Assembly: GCA_951406725.2 (NCBI GenBank)
Contig: OX597820.1
Span: 4,898,001 to 4,962,000, forward strand
Length of the DNA: 64,000 nucleotides
From: Octopus vulgaris
Lineage: Eukaryota
Reading direction: 5' to 3'
The notes beneath the pieces are model-generated. The model had not been told where the DNA came from, ran no database searches, and saw only the letters and a list, made by a program, of their open reading frames with translations. The translations under genes and the position numbers were made by a program. This document shows, in pieces, positions 39,018 through 52,578 of the stretch; position 1 is the first letter of the stretch; each line of letters starts with the position of its first letter.

Positions 39018-39160
39018 TCCTCAACATTTTCATGTTTATCACCGTGCTTTTTATGTCAACAGATCTCATTAATATTCAAAATAATTGCTGCGATAAGCTG
39101 AAATTTCTTAACACCATTCAGTACATCTGTACTTGCTTCTATCACTGTATAACATTATAT

Positions 39161-39462
39161 GTGGAGACACATGGCCTAGTGGTTAGAGCAGCGGACTCGC
39201 GGTCGAGGGAAGGCGGGTTCAAATCTCAGACCGGGCGATGTGTGTGTTTATGAGCGAAACACTTATACGCTCCACGCGGCTCCGGCAGAAGGAAATGGCG
39301 AACTTCTGCTGACTCCTTTCGCCACAACTTTCTCTCACTCTTTCCTCTTGCATCTTGCAGCTCACCTGCGACGGTCCGACGTCCCGTCCAGGTGGGGAAC
39401 CTATACGCCAAGGAAACCGGGAAACCGGCCCTTATGAGCTAAGCATGACTCGAGAAGGAACA
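39161..39462 (+). mobile_element. SINE family R (tail type 3) with 12-bp TSD ataacattatat
   Basis: Head gtggagacacatggcctagtggttagagcagcggactcgcgg; TSD on both flanks. Confidence 0.88.
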
Positions 39463-39644
39463 ATAACATTATATATAGCTGTATAACTGTAGCACTGTAT
39501 AGAATTGTATATTACAATGTATGCTTGCATATAACTGTCTTTAAACATCTGTAACTATGTGACCATATCGCTGTACGTATGAATCATATGCAGGACCCAA
39601 AAGAAATGTACGTAGCTATATGTATTTTGTAAATGTATATAAGT

Positions 39645-39886
<242 letters not shown>

Positions 39887-39899
39887 CGCATGCGTGTGT

Positions 39900-40195
39900 A
39901 AGGCCTCGTGTCCAAGTGGTTAAGGTGTTACACTCACGATCGTTAGATCATGGGTTCGATTTCCAGACCGAGCTGTGTGTTGTGTTCTTAAGCAAAATAC
40001 TTCATTCCACGTTGCTTCCGTCCACTCAGCTGTAAGAAGGTCCCTGTGATGGACCAGCCTTCTGATTAGAGGAGAGCGTTGGCCGGCTTACCTAGACAGT
40101 GGGGTGGCATCATCCGAAAGCGAAAACTATGTGAAGCGTATTGTGACCAGCGATATATAACAACATCTGCTAGTATGGTCGATCACGTGATCAGT
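39900..40195 (+). mobile_element. R-related SINE (tail type 4)
   Basis: gggttcgatttcc B box; tail attgtgaccagcgat...aacatctg...gatcacgtgat shared with 42580 and 55873. Confidence 0.7.
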
Positions 40196-42579
40196 GATCT
40201 ATAAATGACAAAAGCTCATCAGAAGCATCCAACGAAGCGCTGTGTGCGCGCGCACGCCTTGGCCAGCAGCTTCCCGCCCCAGTCATCGCTGCATGCGCTG
40301 GTAAGGGCATGTCCTTCCTCTCCCTCCAGACCCTCGCACCAGTCCCTTACTCTCGTTCAGCGCACCAGCTGCGAACTGGAAGAGGACCCACAGCAGATTG
40401 TTGGACATGACCAAGTAAGATCTTGGGAGGTTCTACATCACCTTGGAGGATACAGAGAGGCTGGTACGGGTGGTGGGCTCTGGTGGACCTGATCGGCTCT
40501 ACGCATGATGACGCCTCTGGGACCGCTAACCTGGGATGACCCCAGCTCCCTCGAGCAAGAAGAGAGAGAGAAAGAGAGAGGGATCTCAAAAGCAATTCGA
40601 CTACAGATATTTACTGTCAATGAGAAACTCACTCACACTGTGCAGACATAAGCATCTGTTCTTGTATAAACTAAGGTACCGTTCCTTATTTCTATCTTCA
40701 AGAATTAGGTGGGGATGTTCTAATGTGATCTTAGAGTATAAAATCTGCCTATGCTGGATCACAGATCCTAGGGTTGAATAATTTCCAAGATCTGTACTAA
40801 GTGTTTCATCCACTTCATCCATTTTGGTGCCAATAAATATGACATCATTAAAGCCCGATGATTGGTTGTTTGGGTTTTTGTGTTTGGTTGCAAGACACTT
40901 AATGTGAACTTATGTATCGAAACAAATTTTGTTGTATCTTAGGAGGGTCATTACGCCAATAATAAACGCACGCACTGTTTCTATTTCACTGCTTTATTTT
41001 TATTTCTCAATTAGTTGACAATTTAACCAATTAACTAATCAGTTGTCTCATTAACGACTCGGTCAATCAATCAAGTTTGTCAAAGACCGTTCGTCACCAT
41101 TCTTGACTTTACCTAGTTGTCATCAGCTTAAACCATGTGAAGGTGGGGACCGATTGGGGAGCCTATGGCTATACAATCCCAACACGTGCAGAGATTACTT
41201 TGTGAACAGTGGAATGGTAAATCACTTGTGGAGGAGACCAAAAAGTTGAGGATATTTCTTGGTATAGACGGTGGTTCTGAAACAAAATGTGGATGATCGC
41301 TGTCCAAGAGTGTCTTTATAGCTTCCGTTCATAGATTCCAGACGATGCTGAAAAAGATTTTTATGTCCTTGTTGAAATTTTAACAATTTTATCGGTTTCC
41401 TGTAGAATTTCAAAGAATTCATCAGATGATCCTACATCTTATCTGTCTGATGAATTCTTCCTCCTGCTGGTATCTCGTCTTTTGACAATTCTATGCACGG
41501 ATGTATTAATGTGGATTGAAGAGAGAGACTAGCTTTGTGCATCTTAGCCGCACCCTAAAACTGAACTCTCCTTCCATGAACTAACGAATGAATGACACCT
41601 GTTTGGTTGTTAGTTTCGGTAATTAATTTGCTCAGTTTGTTAATTGAGAAGTGTTGGCTCAATTAATTGCGATGAATTTGTCATTATGGTCAAATACTTC
41701 GTATATATTTTGCAATATATTCATCTTCATTCGCAACAAAAACCAGGTTGATTTCATTATTTTAGCGATGCTCGAGTCAGGCTCTTGAAACGGACCCGGG
41801 AGATTACATAGAAGAGAAGTCTTCAACCCTCTGCGGTTATTGTTCGGGGCCCACTTTCAATGCCCTCAGTGCTACAGGATCTACCCCTAAATCGTATCGG
41901 TCTTGTCAGCCACGCCTGTTCCCATGAGAAACTATGTGCTGTCATCCCCTTTGAAAGACCGTCACAAGCAGCAAACACCTTACAATATTTTCATTATTTT
42001 TCGCTTCTACAGACCTTCTTTTGGGTCCTTCTAAGTCTAACTATAGATCATCGTATTGTAGTTCTTTAATGGAGATTTGCTAATAACTGTCGGCTCCGTA
42101 TTAAGAATTAGTTTCACGGTTTGTGGTTCATTTTTAGGATTCCTTTATTAGTAAAGGAATCAAAGGACTGGTAGGATTCGATCCTTTAAGTCTTGGTTGT
42201 ATTTTGGATTTAAGTTGATACCGGGCTTTAAGGGCATTATTTGATTCGAGTGGAACTGGCGTTGCAAGAGGTAACGCGAGATTGGAACTGACAAATCGAA
42301 AGACAAGTTTTCGTCTGTCCAGGATTTTGTTTGTTTCATAATACTTACCAAAATTGGAGATTGATGTGAGAGGTACCGACTAGAGAAACATACATGTTTA
42401 GAAGCATGCATGCATAGATACACACGCATGTATATATATACACACACACACACCTATATATATATACATTCATACACATGTATACATACGTATCCACACA
42501 TATGGACACACACACACACATATATATACATGCGTACACACATGCACACACACATGAGTATACACACATATATATATAT

Positions 42580-42872
42580 CACGTGATCACCGTGCCCGAC
42601 CAGGCTATCAGATGTTGCTATACATCGCTGGTCACAATGCGCTTTGCATTGTTTTAGCCTTCAAGTGATGCCACCCCCCCCTGGCTAAGCGAGCAGGCCA
42701 ATAGAAGAAAGAGTGAGAGAAAGTTGTGGCGAAAGAGTACAGCAGGGATCGCCACCACCCACTGCCCGAGCCTCGCGGAGCTCTAGGTGTTTTCGCTCAA
42801 TAAACACTCTCAATCGAAACTGTGATCCTACGACCGCGAGTCCGCTGCCCTAACCACTGGACCATTGCGCCT

Positions 42873-42876
<4 letters not shown>
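42580..42876 (-). mobile_element. SINE family R (tail type 4)
   Basis: Head reverse complement ccgcgagtccgctgccctaaccactggaccattgcgcctccac. Confidence 0.85.
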
Positions 42877-42918
<42 letters not shown>

Positions 42919-43339
42919 GAGAGAGAGATACGAATAGTAATATAAATGGAAATGTAGTTAGATGCATAAACAGTTGTGGATTGGAGTGAAACCTACTTCC
43001 TGCCTACACACACACCCACACATACATACACCTGTCACACACACCTAACTACCCAGCTATCTACCCACATACCTACCCACTTCTACTGAACTAAAAGGTG
43101 CTCCTAAAACAAACACACCTGACATTTGAACCGGGAGCCGATAGTTTTATAACAAAGCATTTTTTAAAACGGTTCATGTCTGCGAAGATGGAAGAATCGA
43201 GGAGGGAGTGCGTGTACTTTTGCTCTATCTCTACGATGGTCTGCCATCCACCCCACCCCACCACCCGCAACGCCATACACGTCTTGACACACTCACATAT
43301 AGCCTCAAACACACACACATCTCAATACATGTACACGTG

Positions 43340-43795
43340 CATAATATATATATATATACATATATACATATATATACACATATATATACACATACACATA
43401 TATATATACATACACATATATATACACATGCACATATATATACACATACACATATATATATATATACATATACACATATATATACATATACACATATATA
43501 TATACATATACACATATATATACATATACACATATATATACATATACACATATATACATATACACATATATACATATACATACATATACACATATATACA
43601 TATACATACATATACACACACATATATACACATATATACATACATATATACACATATATATACACATATATACACACACATACACACATATATACACACA
43701 CATACACACATATATACACACACATACACACATATATACACATACACACACATATATATATATATATATATACATTCATACACACACATACATCT
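43340..43795. repeat. (TA/CA) compound microsatellite
   Basis: Visible; source of the H/I/Y/T ORFs. Confidence 0.92.
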
Positions 43796-43896
43796 CGAGT
43801 AAAGTATATTCTTTCTGTCTCTTTCTTTCACCAAGATAACACTGATTCTGAGCCGAAACTCCTTACCAGTAACAAAAACGTCTGCAATAACTCACA

Positions 43897-43931
<35 letters not shown>

Positions 43932-44429
43932 ACCTTTCCCAACAGACAATCTTCCTTCCTCTGCCGCGTTTCTTCCTTGTTGGCCGACATTTTACCCTCT
44001 GTCTTACACTTCACATTCTTCTTCTTCTTCTTCTTGGTTGTTCTATTTTCTTTGTGGTTTTTGTTACATATTTTTTTTTTCGTTTTTCTTGTTATTTGTT
44101 GTTGTAACTTTTGTTATTCCGATTGTTGCTGTTGTACTTTCTGCAATGTTTGTACCTCATCTTGTTCTTGTTAGTGTTGTTCTAACTGGTAACGTTCTGG
44201 TTGTTGTTCTAGGTGTTTGTTGTTGTTCTTTTATCGTGAAGCTGGGGGTCAGGCTGGGGGAGGGGGAGGCGTTGCTCACGATCCTTTCGGGGCCTCAAAG
44301 AGGAACGGAAACGTGGGATGGAGATATTCTTAAACCAGATGCTTTGTTTGAATGTTCGTAACAGAGTGGACTCAACTAAAGGCACCCCCAAGGAACGGGT
44401 AGTGGTTTTAATCCGGGTGACGAATTAAT

Positions 44430-44680
44430 TACATTTCCCCAAGTAGCCTCAGCAGGATTTGAACTCAGAACGGAAAGAGCTAGAATAAAACCCGCAAAAT
44501 ATTTCTGCTCAACGCTCAAACAATTCTTCCAGTCCCCTAAATTTGATTGGTGCTTTGTTTATGGACCCTAGAAGAATAAAAGGCAAAGTTGACTTCGATG
44601 GAATTTGAACTGAGAATGCAGGAGACTGAATATGGAAAAGCATTTCTTCTGATGTTCTAACAACTCGGCCAATTCGCCAT
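44430..44680 (-). mobile_element. Degenerate family M SINE fragments
   Basis: ggatttgaactcagaac and aaaggcaaagttgacttcgatggaatttgaact. Confidence 0.55.
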
Positions 44681-45577
44681 CTTGTGGCTAATGGTGGTGT
44701 TGCCGCTGCTACAGTTGCTAAGGATATTGACGCATTTGTTTTCCATTCTACTGAATGCCAAATGTATCTAGGACGACATGGTTTAACGCGTCCTTTTAGT
44801 ATTTAACGTGTAAGATGCGATGAAGATTTGGCTGTTGTTTCTCGCAGTTCTATGCAGTGAGAAGTTCTGGGTTTCCAAAGAGGTCATCCATCGAAAATTG
44901 GACTCTGGTCTTTCGCTGCTTTCTGTATGAAATGGCTGTGCTGCTGTACGACCAGGTTTGGCTCTCGTTGCTGCTTCTGAACATTGATAGACGTCCCAAC
45001 CATGGCCATTTCGTCTACTCATTTTGAGTGTCTTAGTATACACACCTTCCAATATTATCACTGTCAGCCCCAACCCCACCGCAACTACCACGACCACCAC
45101 CATCACGACGATCAACCGTTTCTCCATCACCACCACCACCATCACCACCGCCACCATCACAGCACTCACTATTTCGCTGCTCCCGTTCATACTTAAGTTA
45201 CCACCCTAACATCTCACATTTCAACGTGTGATACCTAATGACGTCTTCTGTGTCTGTCTGTCTGTCTCTGTATACCTACCTATCAACCTACCTGCAAACC
45301 ACTATCTTTCAATAACATTCATAAACCATGCATTAATATATATTGAGTTGTACTTCTCTTTAACTCCCACACATTTATTTCTCAAGTTTAACAAATACAA
45401 GATTTGTTTAAACTCAATTTCACATCAAAGAATCCTCCCGTGAGGCAGTGAATTATTGCGAAGAAGTTTAGGAAAGCGCTCAATACATTTTTATAAATAA
45501 AATCAAGTAAAAGGCTGAAAAGTGACTGAAGATCGATCAAAGTATGCATTTTCCTGGCCACATTTGTGATTTTAGAC

Positions 45578-46344
<767 letters not shown>

Positions 46345-46345
<1 letters not shown>

Positions 46346-47498
46346 AGTGAGTTGAAATAATGGAAACATCTTGAATGAAAGTTTTATTATTCAATAAGGA
46401 GTTGGTCTAACTTTGGTATCGATCACAGCTTTAATACGTCGAAGAACTGGCCTTTGCAGGTTCTACACGGTTGTTAAGAGAAAGCCGAGACATTCTTTAA
46501 GTAGGACCTGCTTTAGTTCTTTCAGCGACGAGGACGGTGGGGAAACGGTTCCTCATTTACTGCTCCGAAATGCACACTAAATGTTTGATTACATTGAAAT
46601 CCTGTTATCGTGAGGGTCAAACTCAGTGGTTTACTTCAATTTTGTGCACATCCTTCAAATTGTGAATCACGTTATCCGTGTGAATCGGCGCATTATTGTT
46701 TTGGAAGATTGTGCCTCTATCGCGGAACAATGTCTATGGCATAGATTGGACATATTTAGGTAATTCTTGGTGTTAACTCAGCATTGTAGGACAATTAGAG
46801 AACCAAGAGATTTCCGTGATGCGGTTGTCCAAATCATCACAGAACAACCTCTATACTTCACGATAAGGGTCAAGTAGTCAAGGTTCAAAGATTCTTTTTG
46901 GCGGTGTCCAGGCGTAAACACGCCTGGAAGTGAGGAAAAGGGCCAAATGACAATTTCTCTGAGAAGAGGACATTGTTCCACTGAGCCATTGGCAACGTCT
47001 GGCAGTCTAAACACTAGTTTTTCCGCTTACCAACTTTAATGAGTGACATGAGAGTCTTAGCAACAGCAGCCCTCCCATGGTATCCAGTTTTATGAAGCTC
47101 ATGATGGACGGTCTTGACTGATACACGGTTGGCAAGCTGCCAGTTTAGCAATGTTGTCTCCTTCGATGCCGTATTTCGGTGTTTTTATTTTGACACAACA
47201 CGTTTCACTATTCTACGGTTCGTCCTTGTGAGCTCTGAAAACATTAAAGAATTCAGCAGTTTTAGTGGCAGAAGTTCTAGCCATTTACGCTCCAACAATT
47301 TGTCCTCTTTGGAAATCCGATAAGTAACACATTTTAACCTATTAAAATGTATCAGCAAAAGCGAAAAACAGCGGGCTATATCGTGAAGTATAATTCATGT
47401 GAACACATACATAACTAGAACTATTCTGAATTTGTCATATCGCCAATACAGAAAATAGTCATAAAAAAATATGGTGTTTTCATTATTTTGTCCAACTG
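46345..47498 (-). mobile_element. Decayed Tc1-like transposon with transposase pseudogene
   Basis: Minus peptides VKYRGCSVMIW (KHGGGSVMVW), GTIFQNNNAPIHT (FQDDNAPIH) and RRIKAVIDTKVRPTPY*; imperfect TIRs cagtgagttgaaataatggaaacatc / ggtgttttcattattttgtccaactg. Confidence 0.8.
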
Positions 47499-47500
47499 TA

Positions 47501-47715
47501 AGGTGGTGAGCTGGCAGAGTCGTTAGCACGCTGGACGAAATGCTTAGCAGTATTTCGACCGTTGCTTCGTTCTGAGTTCAAATTCCACCGATGTCGACTT
47601 TGCTTTCTATCCTTTCGGGGTCGATAAATTAAGTATCAGTGAAATTCTGGGATCGATGTAATCCACTAGTCCCCAACCCCCAAAACTTCAGGCCTTGTGC
47701 CTATAATAGAAAGGA
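47501..47715 (+). mobile_element. SINE family M with ~19-bp TSD
   Basis: Flanks attattttgtccaactgta and attattttgtccatctgta. Confidence 0.88.
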
Positions 47716-47929
47716 TTATTTTGTCCATCTGTATATATGAAACATTAACTTCTTCAACAGTCTAAATAAGGAAAACTGTTTTAATCACGTTTAAAATCAA
47801 GACGACACATTCTAAACTATGAAAGCCATATTTTGGGGCGTAAAATTTTTAAGTAACAACTTACTATTGTAAGATAGTTTTTATTGTTGTAGATCCGATA
47901 CGAATTCCAAATTTTGTTGTAACAATAAC

Positions 47930-48310
47930 TTTGGCACAAGGCCAGCAAATTTGAGGCGAGAAAGCAAGTAAGTTACATCGACCCTAGGACTTGACTGGTA
48001 CCTATTCTAATGACCCCGAAAGGAATTTGCACACAGTACATAAAGGGCCTGAGAAATACCAAAAATCCTTTTCTCTTTTTCTGTCGTGCTAACAATTCCG
48101 CCATCAAGCCGCCCATAAGCAAAAGGCCTAAAACTTCTGGAGGAGGGGGTAAGTTGATTACATTGATTTGCCAGGGTTCAACTGCCAAGTATTTTGTTGA
48201 GCCTGAAAGAATAAGGGACAATGTCGACTTCAGCGCCGTTTGAACGTAAAACCTGAAGAAACGCCGCTTAGTATTTTGTCCGGCATGCTAACAAGTCTAC
48301 CAGCTCATCA
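47930..48310 (-). mobile_element. Two degenerate family M SINE fragments
   Basis: ttggcacaaggccagcaaatt...acatcgaccc...gaccccgaaagg, plus a second weaker copy. Confidence 0.55.
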
Positions 48311-48540
48311 CAACGACCATAATAATAATAATAATCTTTTCTACTTTAGGCCTGAAATGTTATAATAATATAAAACAACAACAATAATAATAAAAAAAAG
48401 ATGGGCTACAGCAAATATTCTGCTCAATACCACAGATTTGCTTGTCAGTTGTTTGACCATAACCAGTTGAGCATGCCCCTTAGTGGCTGACGATATGTGC
48501 ATCTCTGACTACAAGTAGAAGTAGTTGGGGATCATCATAT

Positions 48541-49900
48541 CCAAAGATTTGGCACCAATCTCAAATCATCCCAATACCCCAAAAAGGCGATTTATCCCTC
48601 GTCACCAACTACAGGAGTATATCTCTAATGTCAATTGCTGCAAAAACTGTACAACAAACTGATTCTAAATCGTCTTGTCTGCTTTGTTGAACCTTTGCTC
48701 CGAAAGAACCAAAATGGATTCAGACATGGGCGCTCAACGCTGAGCCAGATACTATGCCTACGCAGACTTATTGAAGAATCAAAAGCATTTAATCGCGATC
48801 TTGCAATGGTATTTGTAGACTTTTCTAAAGCGTTCGATTCTGTAGATAGGTACAATATGTTTGAAATCCTTAAGCTCTATGAGATACCAGACAAAATCAT
48901 TTCTGCCATCAAGGTCCTCTACACAGATACGTCTTCAATCATCTTAACCCCTGACGGAGAAACATCATCTTTCTCAATCAATGTCGGAATACTGCAGGGA
49001 GACACACTCGCCCCATTTCTTTTCATCATTGTCGTTGACTATGTGCTACGTATGTCAATTGATACCATCTCTGGCAAGGGCTTTGAAATAAAACCAAGAA
49101 GAAGTTCCAGACACCCAGCTGAATACTTGACAGACACTGACTTTGCTGACGACATCGCTCTTATCAGTGATTCTTTCTCCAATGCCCAGTCTCTTTTACA
49201 ATCTCTCGAACAAGCCTCAAATTGTGTAGGTCTTTACCTCAATGAGGCCAAGACTGAATATATAAACAAGTGCCTGTCCAACAGTGATTGCATCATCCAT
49301 ACTCTCAACAATGCGCCCTTAAATATGGTTTATGATTACAAATATCTTGGGTCATACATATCATCATCTGGAAAAGATTTTCTAACTAGAAAGGGTATGG
49401 CCTGGTCAGCCTGTAATGACATGCATAAGATCTGGTCATCAAATCTAAGTAGAGACTTCAAACTTGAAATCTTCAAAGCCACAGTCGAACCAATTCTACT
49501 ATATGGCTCAGAAACCAGGACGTTATCAAAGAAGCTTGAGCGGCGGTTGTATGGAACCTACACTCGCCTCCTTATGAGAGCTCAAAATCTCTCGTGGAGG
49601 CGCCATCCAACCAAAATGCAAATATATGGGAAACTACCACCTGTGTCATCTCTTGTGAAAGGTAGGAGAGTCCGGTTTGCTGGACATTGTTGTAGAGCTG
49701 AAAAAGAGGTAATTTCTACTTTCCTCCTCTGGAAGCCATCTACTCGCAATGCCAGAGGGCGCACACTCTCCTACCCTGATGTAATCTCCAGGGATACAAA
49801 CATCCAGCAACAGGACCTCCGTAATGCCATGATGGACCGTGAAGTCTGGCGTAGCATAGTAAATTCCATTGTCTCGACCACGGTCGAACAATGATGATGA
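48541..49900 (+). mobile_element. 5'-truncated RTE-clade LINE
   Basis: RT homology from 48541 (PKIWHQSQIIPIPQKGDLSLVTNYRSISLMS); (ATG)n tail; atatcc at both junctions. Confidence 0.92.
48635..49894 (+). CDS. RTE-type non-LTR reverse transcriptase (partial, 419-aa open frame)
   Basis: QNGFRHGRST, FVDFSKAFDSV, GILQGDTLAPFLF, DTDFADDIAL, YKYLGS, PILLYGSE, RFAGHC; upstream part is in another frame across an A5 run at about 48642. Confidence 0.9.
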   Translation: MLQKLYNKLILNRLVCFVEPLLRKNQNGFRHGRSTLSQILCLRRLIEESKAFNRDLAMVFVDFSKAFDSVDRYNMFEILKLYEIPDKIISAIKVLYTDTSSIILTPDGETSSFSINVGILQGDTLAPFLFIIVVDYVLRMSIDTISGKGFEIKPRRSSRHPAEYLTDTDFADDIALISDSFSNAQSLLQSLEQASNCVGLYLNEAKTEYINKCLSNSDCIIHTLNNAPLNMVYDYKYLGSYISSSGKDFLTRKGMAWSACNDMHKIWSSNLSRDFKLEIFKATVEPILLYGSETRTLSKKLERRLYGTYTRLLMRAQNLSWRRHPTKMQIYGKLPPVSSLVKGRRVRFAGHCCRAEKEVISTFLLWKPSTRNARGRTLSYPDVISRDTNIQQQDLRNAMMDREVWRSIVNSIVSTTVEQ

Positions 49901-50209
49901 TATCCGTGTGTTGAAAGGAATTCATGGAGGTTTTGATAATTAACTCTTGGATGGTTCGTTCAACATCCTTAAACAATCCTTATTCAGGGACCTTTTGAGT
50001 GGGATAGGCTACTCGACCTGAAGAAAATTCTAAGTGGGCCCCATCTGCAAGGTCATGTGCTGTTTATCTTGATATGAGATCACCATGTCGCGCACACATG
50101 GTTGTGATGCATGTGCCTATTGTACCCTTATCAGTCATGATGGGTATACTGGGCTTCGTATATTTTACCCCATTGTTACTTTGATGGCATGCACTGCTCT
50201 CTCTCACTC

Positions 50210-50241
<32 letters not shown>

Positions 50242-50624
50242 TAATAATAGTAATAATAATTACAATAATAATCTTTCAGAAATACAAGAAGAGACTTGCG
50301 AAAAATATAAAAACACAATAAAATGCCAAGTGATGAGGAAATTCAGCGGAGGTTGGAAGGTAAATGTGCAAGAGTGAAATAAGATATGATGCAAAGTGTA
50401 ATAAAGTGTAAGAAAATATGAAATAGAATTTCTAATTTCAAAACGCAGGAGTTGTGGTATTTGAATCAGAGAATTTAGACTTTCTGTCAAAAGTATACAC
50501 CATGGATAAAGCAGAGGGAGAAATATATCAGTTTTAATGCACACAACCACACACGTGCGTGTACAAGCATTCACATATACATTCATATATGCATAAGAAC
50601 ACATATAAACGAAGATATATGTTA

Positions 50625-50994
50625 CAGTTCTATATTTAAGAGATGAGGAATCATGTACATTATTTACAATTGACGGATATTTGTCCTCATCTCGTTTGTT
50701 GTTAACACAACGTTTCGGCTGATATACCCTCCAGCCTTCATCAGGTGTCTTAGGGAAATTTTGAACCTGGGTCCTCATTCCTAAGGTATTTTTCGATATT
50801 ATTATTATTAGTGTTGTTATTATTATTATTATTATTCATGTCACTTCTTGGAATCGAACTCCGAATTTTCGGGTTAGTAGCCCACGCTCATAACCACTAC
50901 GCCATATGCCCGTGGCTAGAGGGTATATCAGCCTGAACGGTGTGTTAACAACAAACAAGATGAGCACAAATATCCGTCAAATGTAAATAATGTA
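50625..50994 (-). mobile_element. tRNA-headed, hammerhead-containing short element with inverted partial 3' copy
   Basis: A box 50894-50904, B box 50850-50861, (AAT)n linker, HHR 50704-50749; 50656-50736 recurs inverted at 50914-50994. Confidence 0.75.
50704..50749 (-). ncRNA. Minimal type-I hammerhead ribozyme
   Basis: gacac CTGATGA a ggctg-gagggtatat-cagcc GAAA cg TT gtgtt; palindromic AACGTT in place of stem III. Confidence 0.75.
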
Positions 50995-51118
50995 AATAAA
51001 GATATGTGTGCTCTATATAAAAATGTGTATTTATATATGCGTATACATACACATACGCTCAACACACATTCCATATCTTCATATTTTTATGAAGCAAATT
51101 TTTAATCTTACGTTTTAA

Positions 51119-51201
51119 TTCACCGAAGAAAACGTCCCCACCCCTCATGGTGTAATCGGTTTATTTATCATTTAAAACACGTCTGAAACAGCTGTAGTGA
51201 A
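51119..51201 (+). ncRNA. Hammerhead-like motif with long loop II (core probably damaged)
   Basis: ttcac CGAAGA aaacgt...acgtct GAAA cagctg TA gtgaa; followed by (TA)n. Confidence 0.45.
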
Positions 51202-51219
51202 CTTCAACCCACTGGTATT

Positions 51220-51278
<59 letters not shown>

Positions 51279-52319
51279 GAATCGCTATATAAACTGTCCA
51301 AGTGTCTGATACGTAAAGTAACTCAGGAGTTCAATTTCTTCACAGATGCTAGAATAATACATTTTTTGTCATATTTGTTCACTTAAGAACCGTAAAAGAT
51401 AAATACCATTTTTACGTCTGGATGTAAATTGAAATCGGAACTGAGGCCGTCAAAGGATTAAATTCGCTGTTTTCTCACGAACAGATTTTATAAATGAAAT
51501 AAAAAGCGACATCTATATGGTTTATATCCATCAGAACTTGATAGCTTCCTTGCAAAGACCTTAGAAATACGTCGTGGTTTAGATTACTTCAAAGTTTAAA
51601 CGAAAACAGAATCTTATCCTGTAAAAGAAAAGAAATTCGTAAAAGTTGGAAAGTTGATGCTGATCTAGGCACTAAAATACCATTTCACCAATTTGTGAAA
51701 CTGTACACCAAGAACAGAAACACACGGAAAGGAAATAATTAAAAGAGAAGAAAAATGAAAGAAAAGAAAACGACGCGAGAAGCCATTTTGGAAAAGGTAA
51801 GAGAAAGAAATAATTAAAAACTATCAATTACGTGCGAAATTAATTAAAATAAAGTTAATAAGGCATTAAACTAATGAGTAAGCTGAATCCAGTTGAGTGT
51901 TACGTGCTGCAGGAATACAGAAGTGCAGTGAGTGTCCTTATATAGCCTAGTAATCAGGGAAGTATCAAAGCATTTCGTATTTTTGTGAAGAGATAATATA
52001 GATTACGAAATATAATAATGGATACTGTATAAATAGATACACCAGACAGACGTGTGTAGGAGACATGGTGTGTGTGTGTGTGTGTGTGAATGTATCGTGT
52101 ACTATTATGCAACTGTTTTCCTTTAACTGTCTTCTGCGTTTGGGTTGCGGCCCTGCTGTGGCACTGTTTGCAAAGTTTTAATATCAAACTTTCGTAAATG
52201 CTTATTTCATTGATCTCGTAAGGGTCGTTATCAAAATTTACTTTCATGTCAGTCGGCACAAGATATCATCAGGCATTTTTTTTTTATCGCGCACAATCAC
52301 ATTATTTTGTATATATACT

Positions 52320-52322
52320 CAA

Positions 52323-52353
<31 letters not shown>

Positions 52354-52578
52354 TACACACATACATATATATACATATACACACACACATATATATACAT
52401 ATACACACACACACACATATACATATACACACACACATACACACACACATACATACACACATACATACACGCACACACACACATACATACACACATACAC
52501 ACACATACATACACACACACACATACACACACACACATACACACACAAACACACACACACATATATATATATATGTAT
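52320..52578. repeat. (TA/CA) compound microsatellite
   Basis: Visible. Confidence 0.9.

Larger units (their letters stand above)
48395..50280 (+). mobile_element. Older element ending in an (AAT)n tail (probable LINE 3' region), split by the RTE insertion
   Basis: Non-RTE sequence on both sides of the RTE, joined at the atatcc duplication; ends in (aat)n. Confidence 0.4.

Noticed and set aside
40205-40600. GC-rich ORF cluster as an exon
   Set aside because: No motif or consistent splice pair; probably a retroelement remnant
41140-42330. Minus-strand LINE relic (IMPLKPG motif); similar hints at 12950-13330, 20290-20770 and 58870-59300
   Set aside because: Only isolated weak motifs; clade and boundaries cannot be supported without a search
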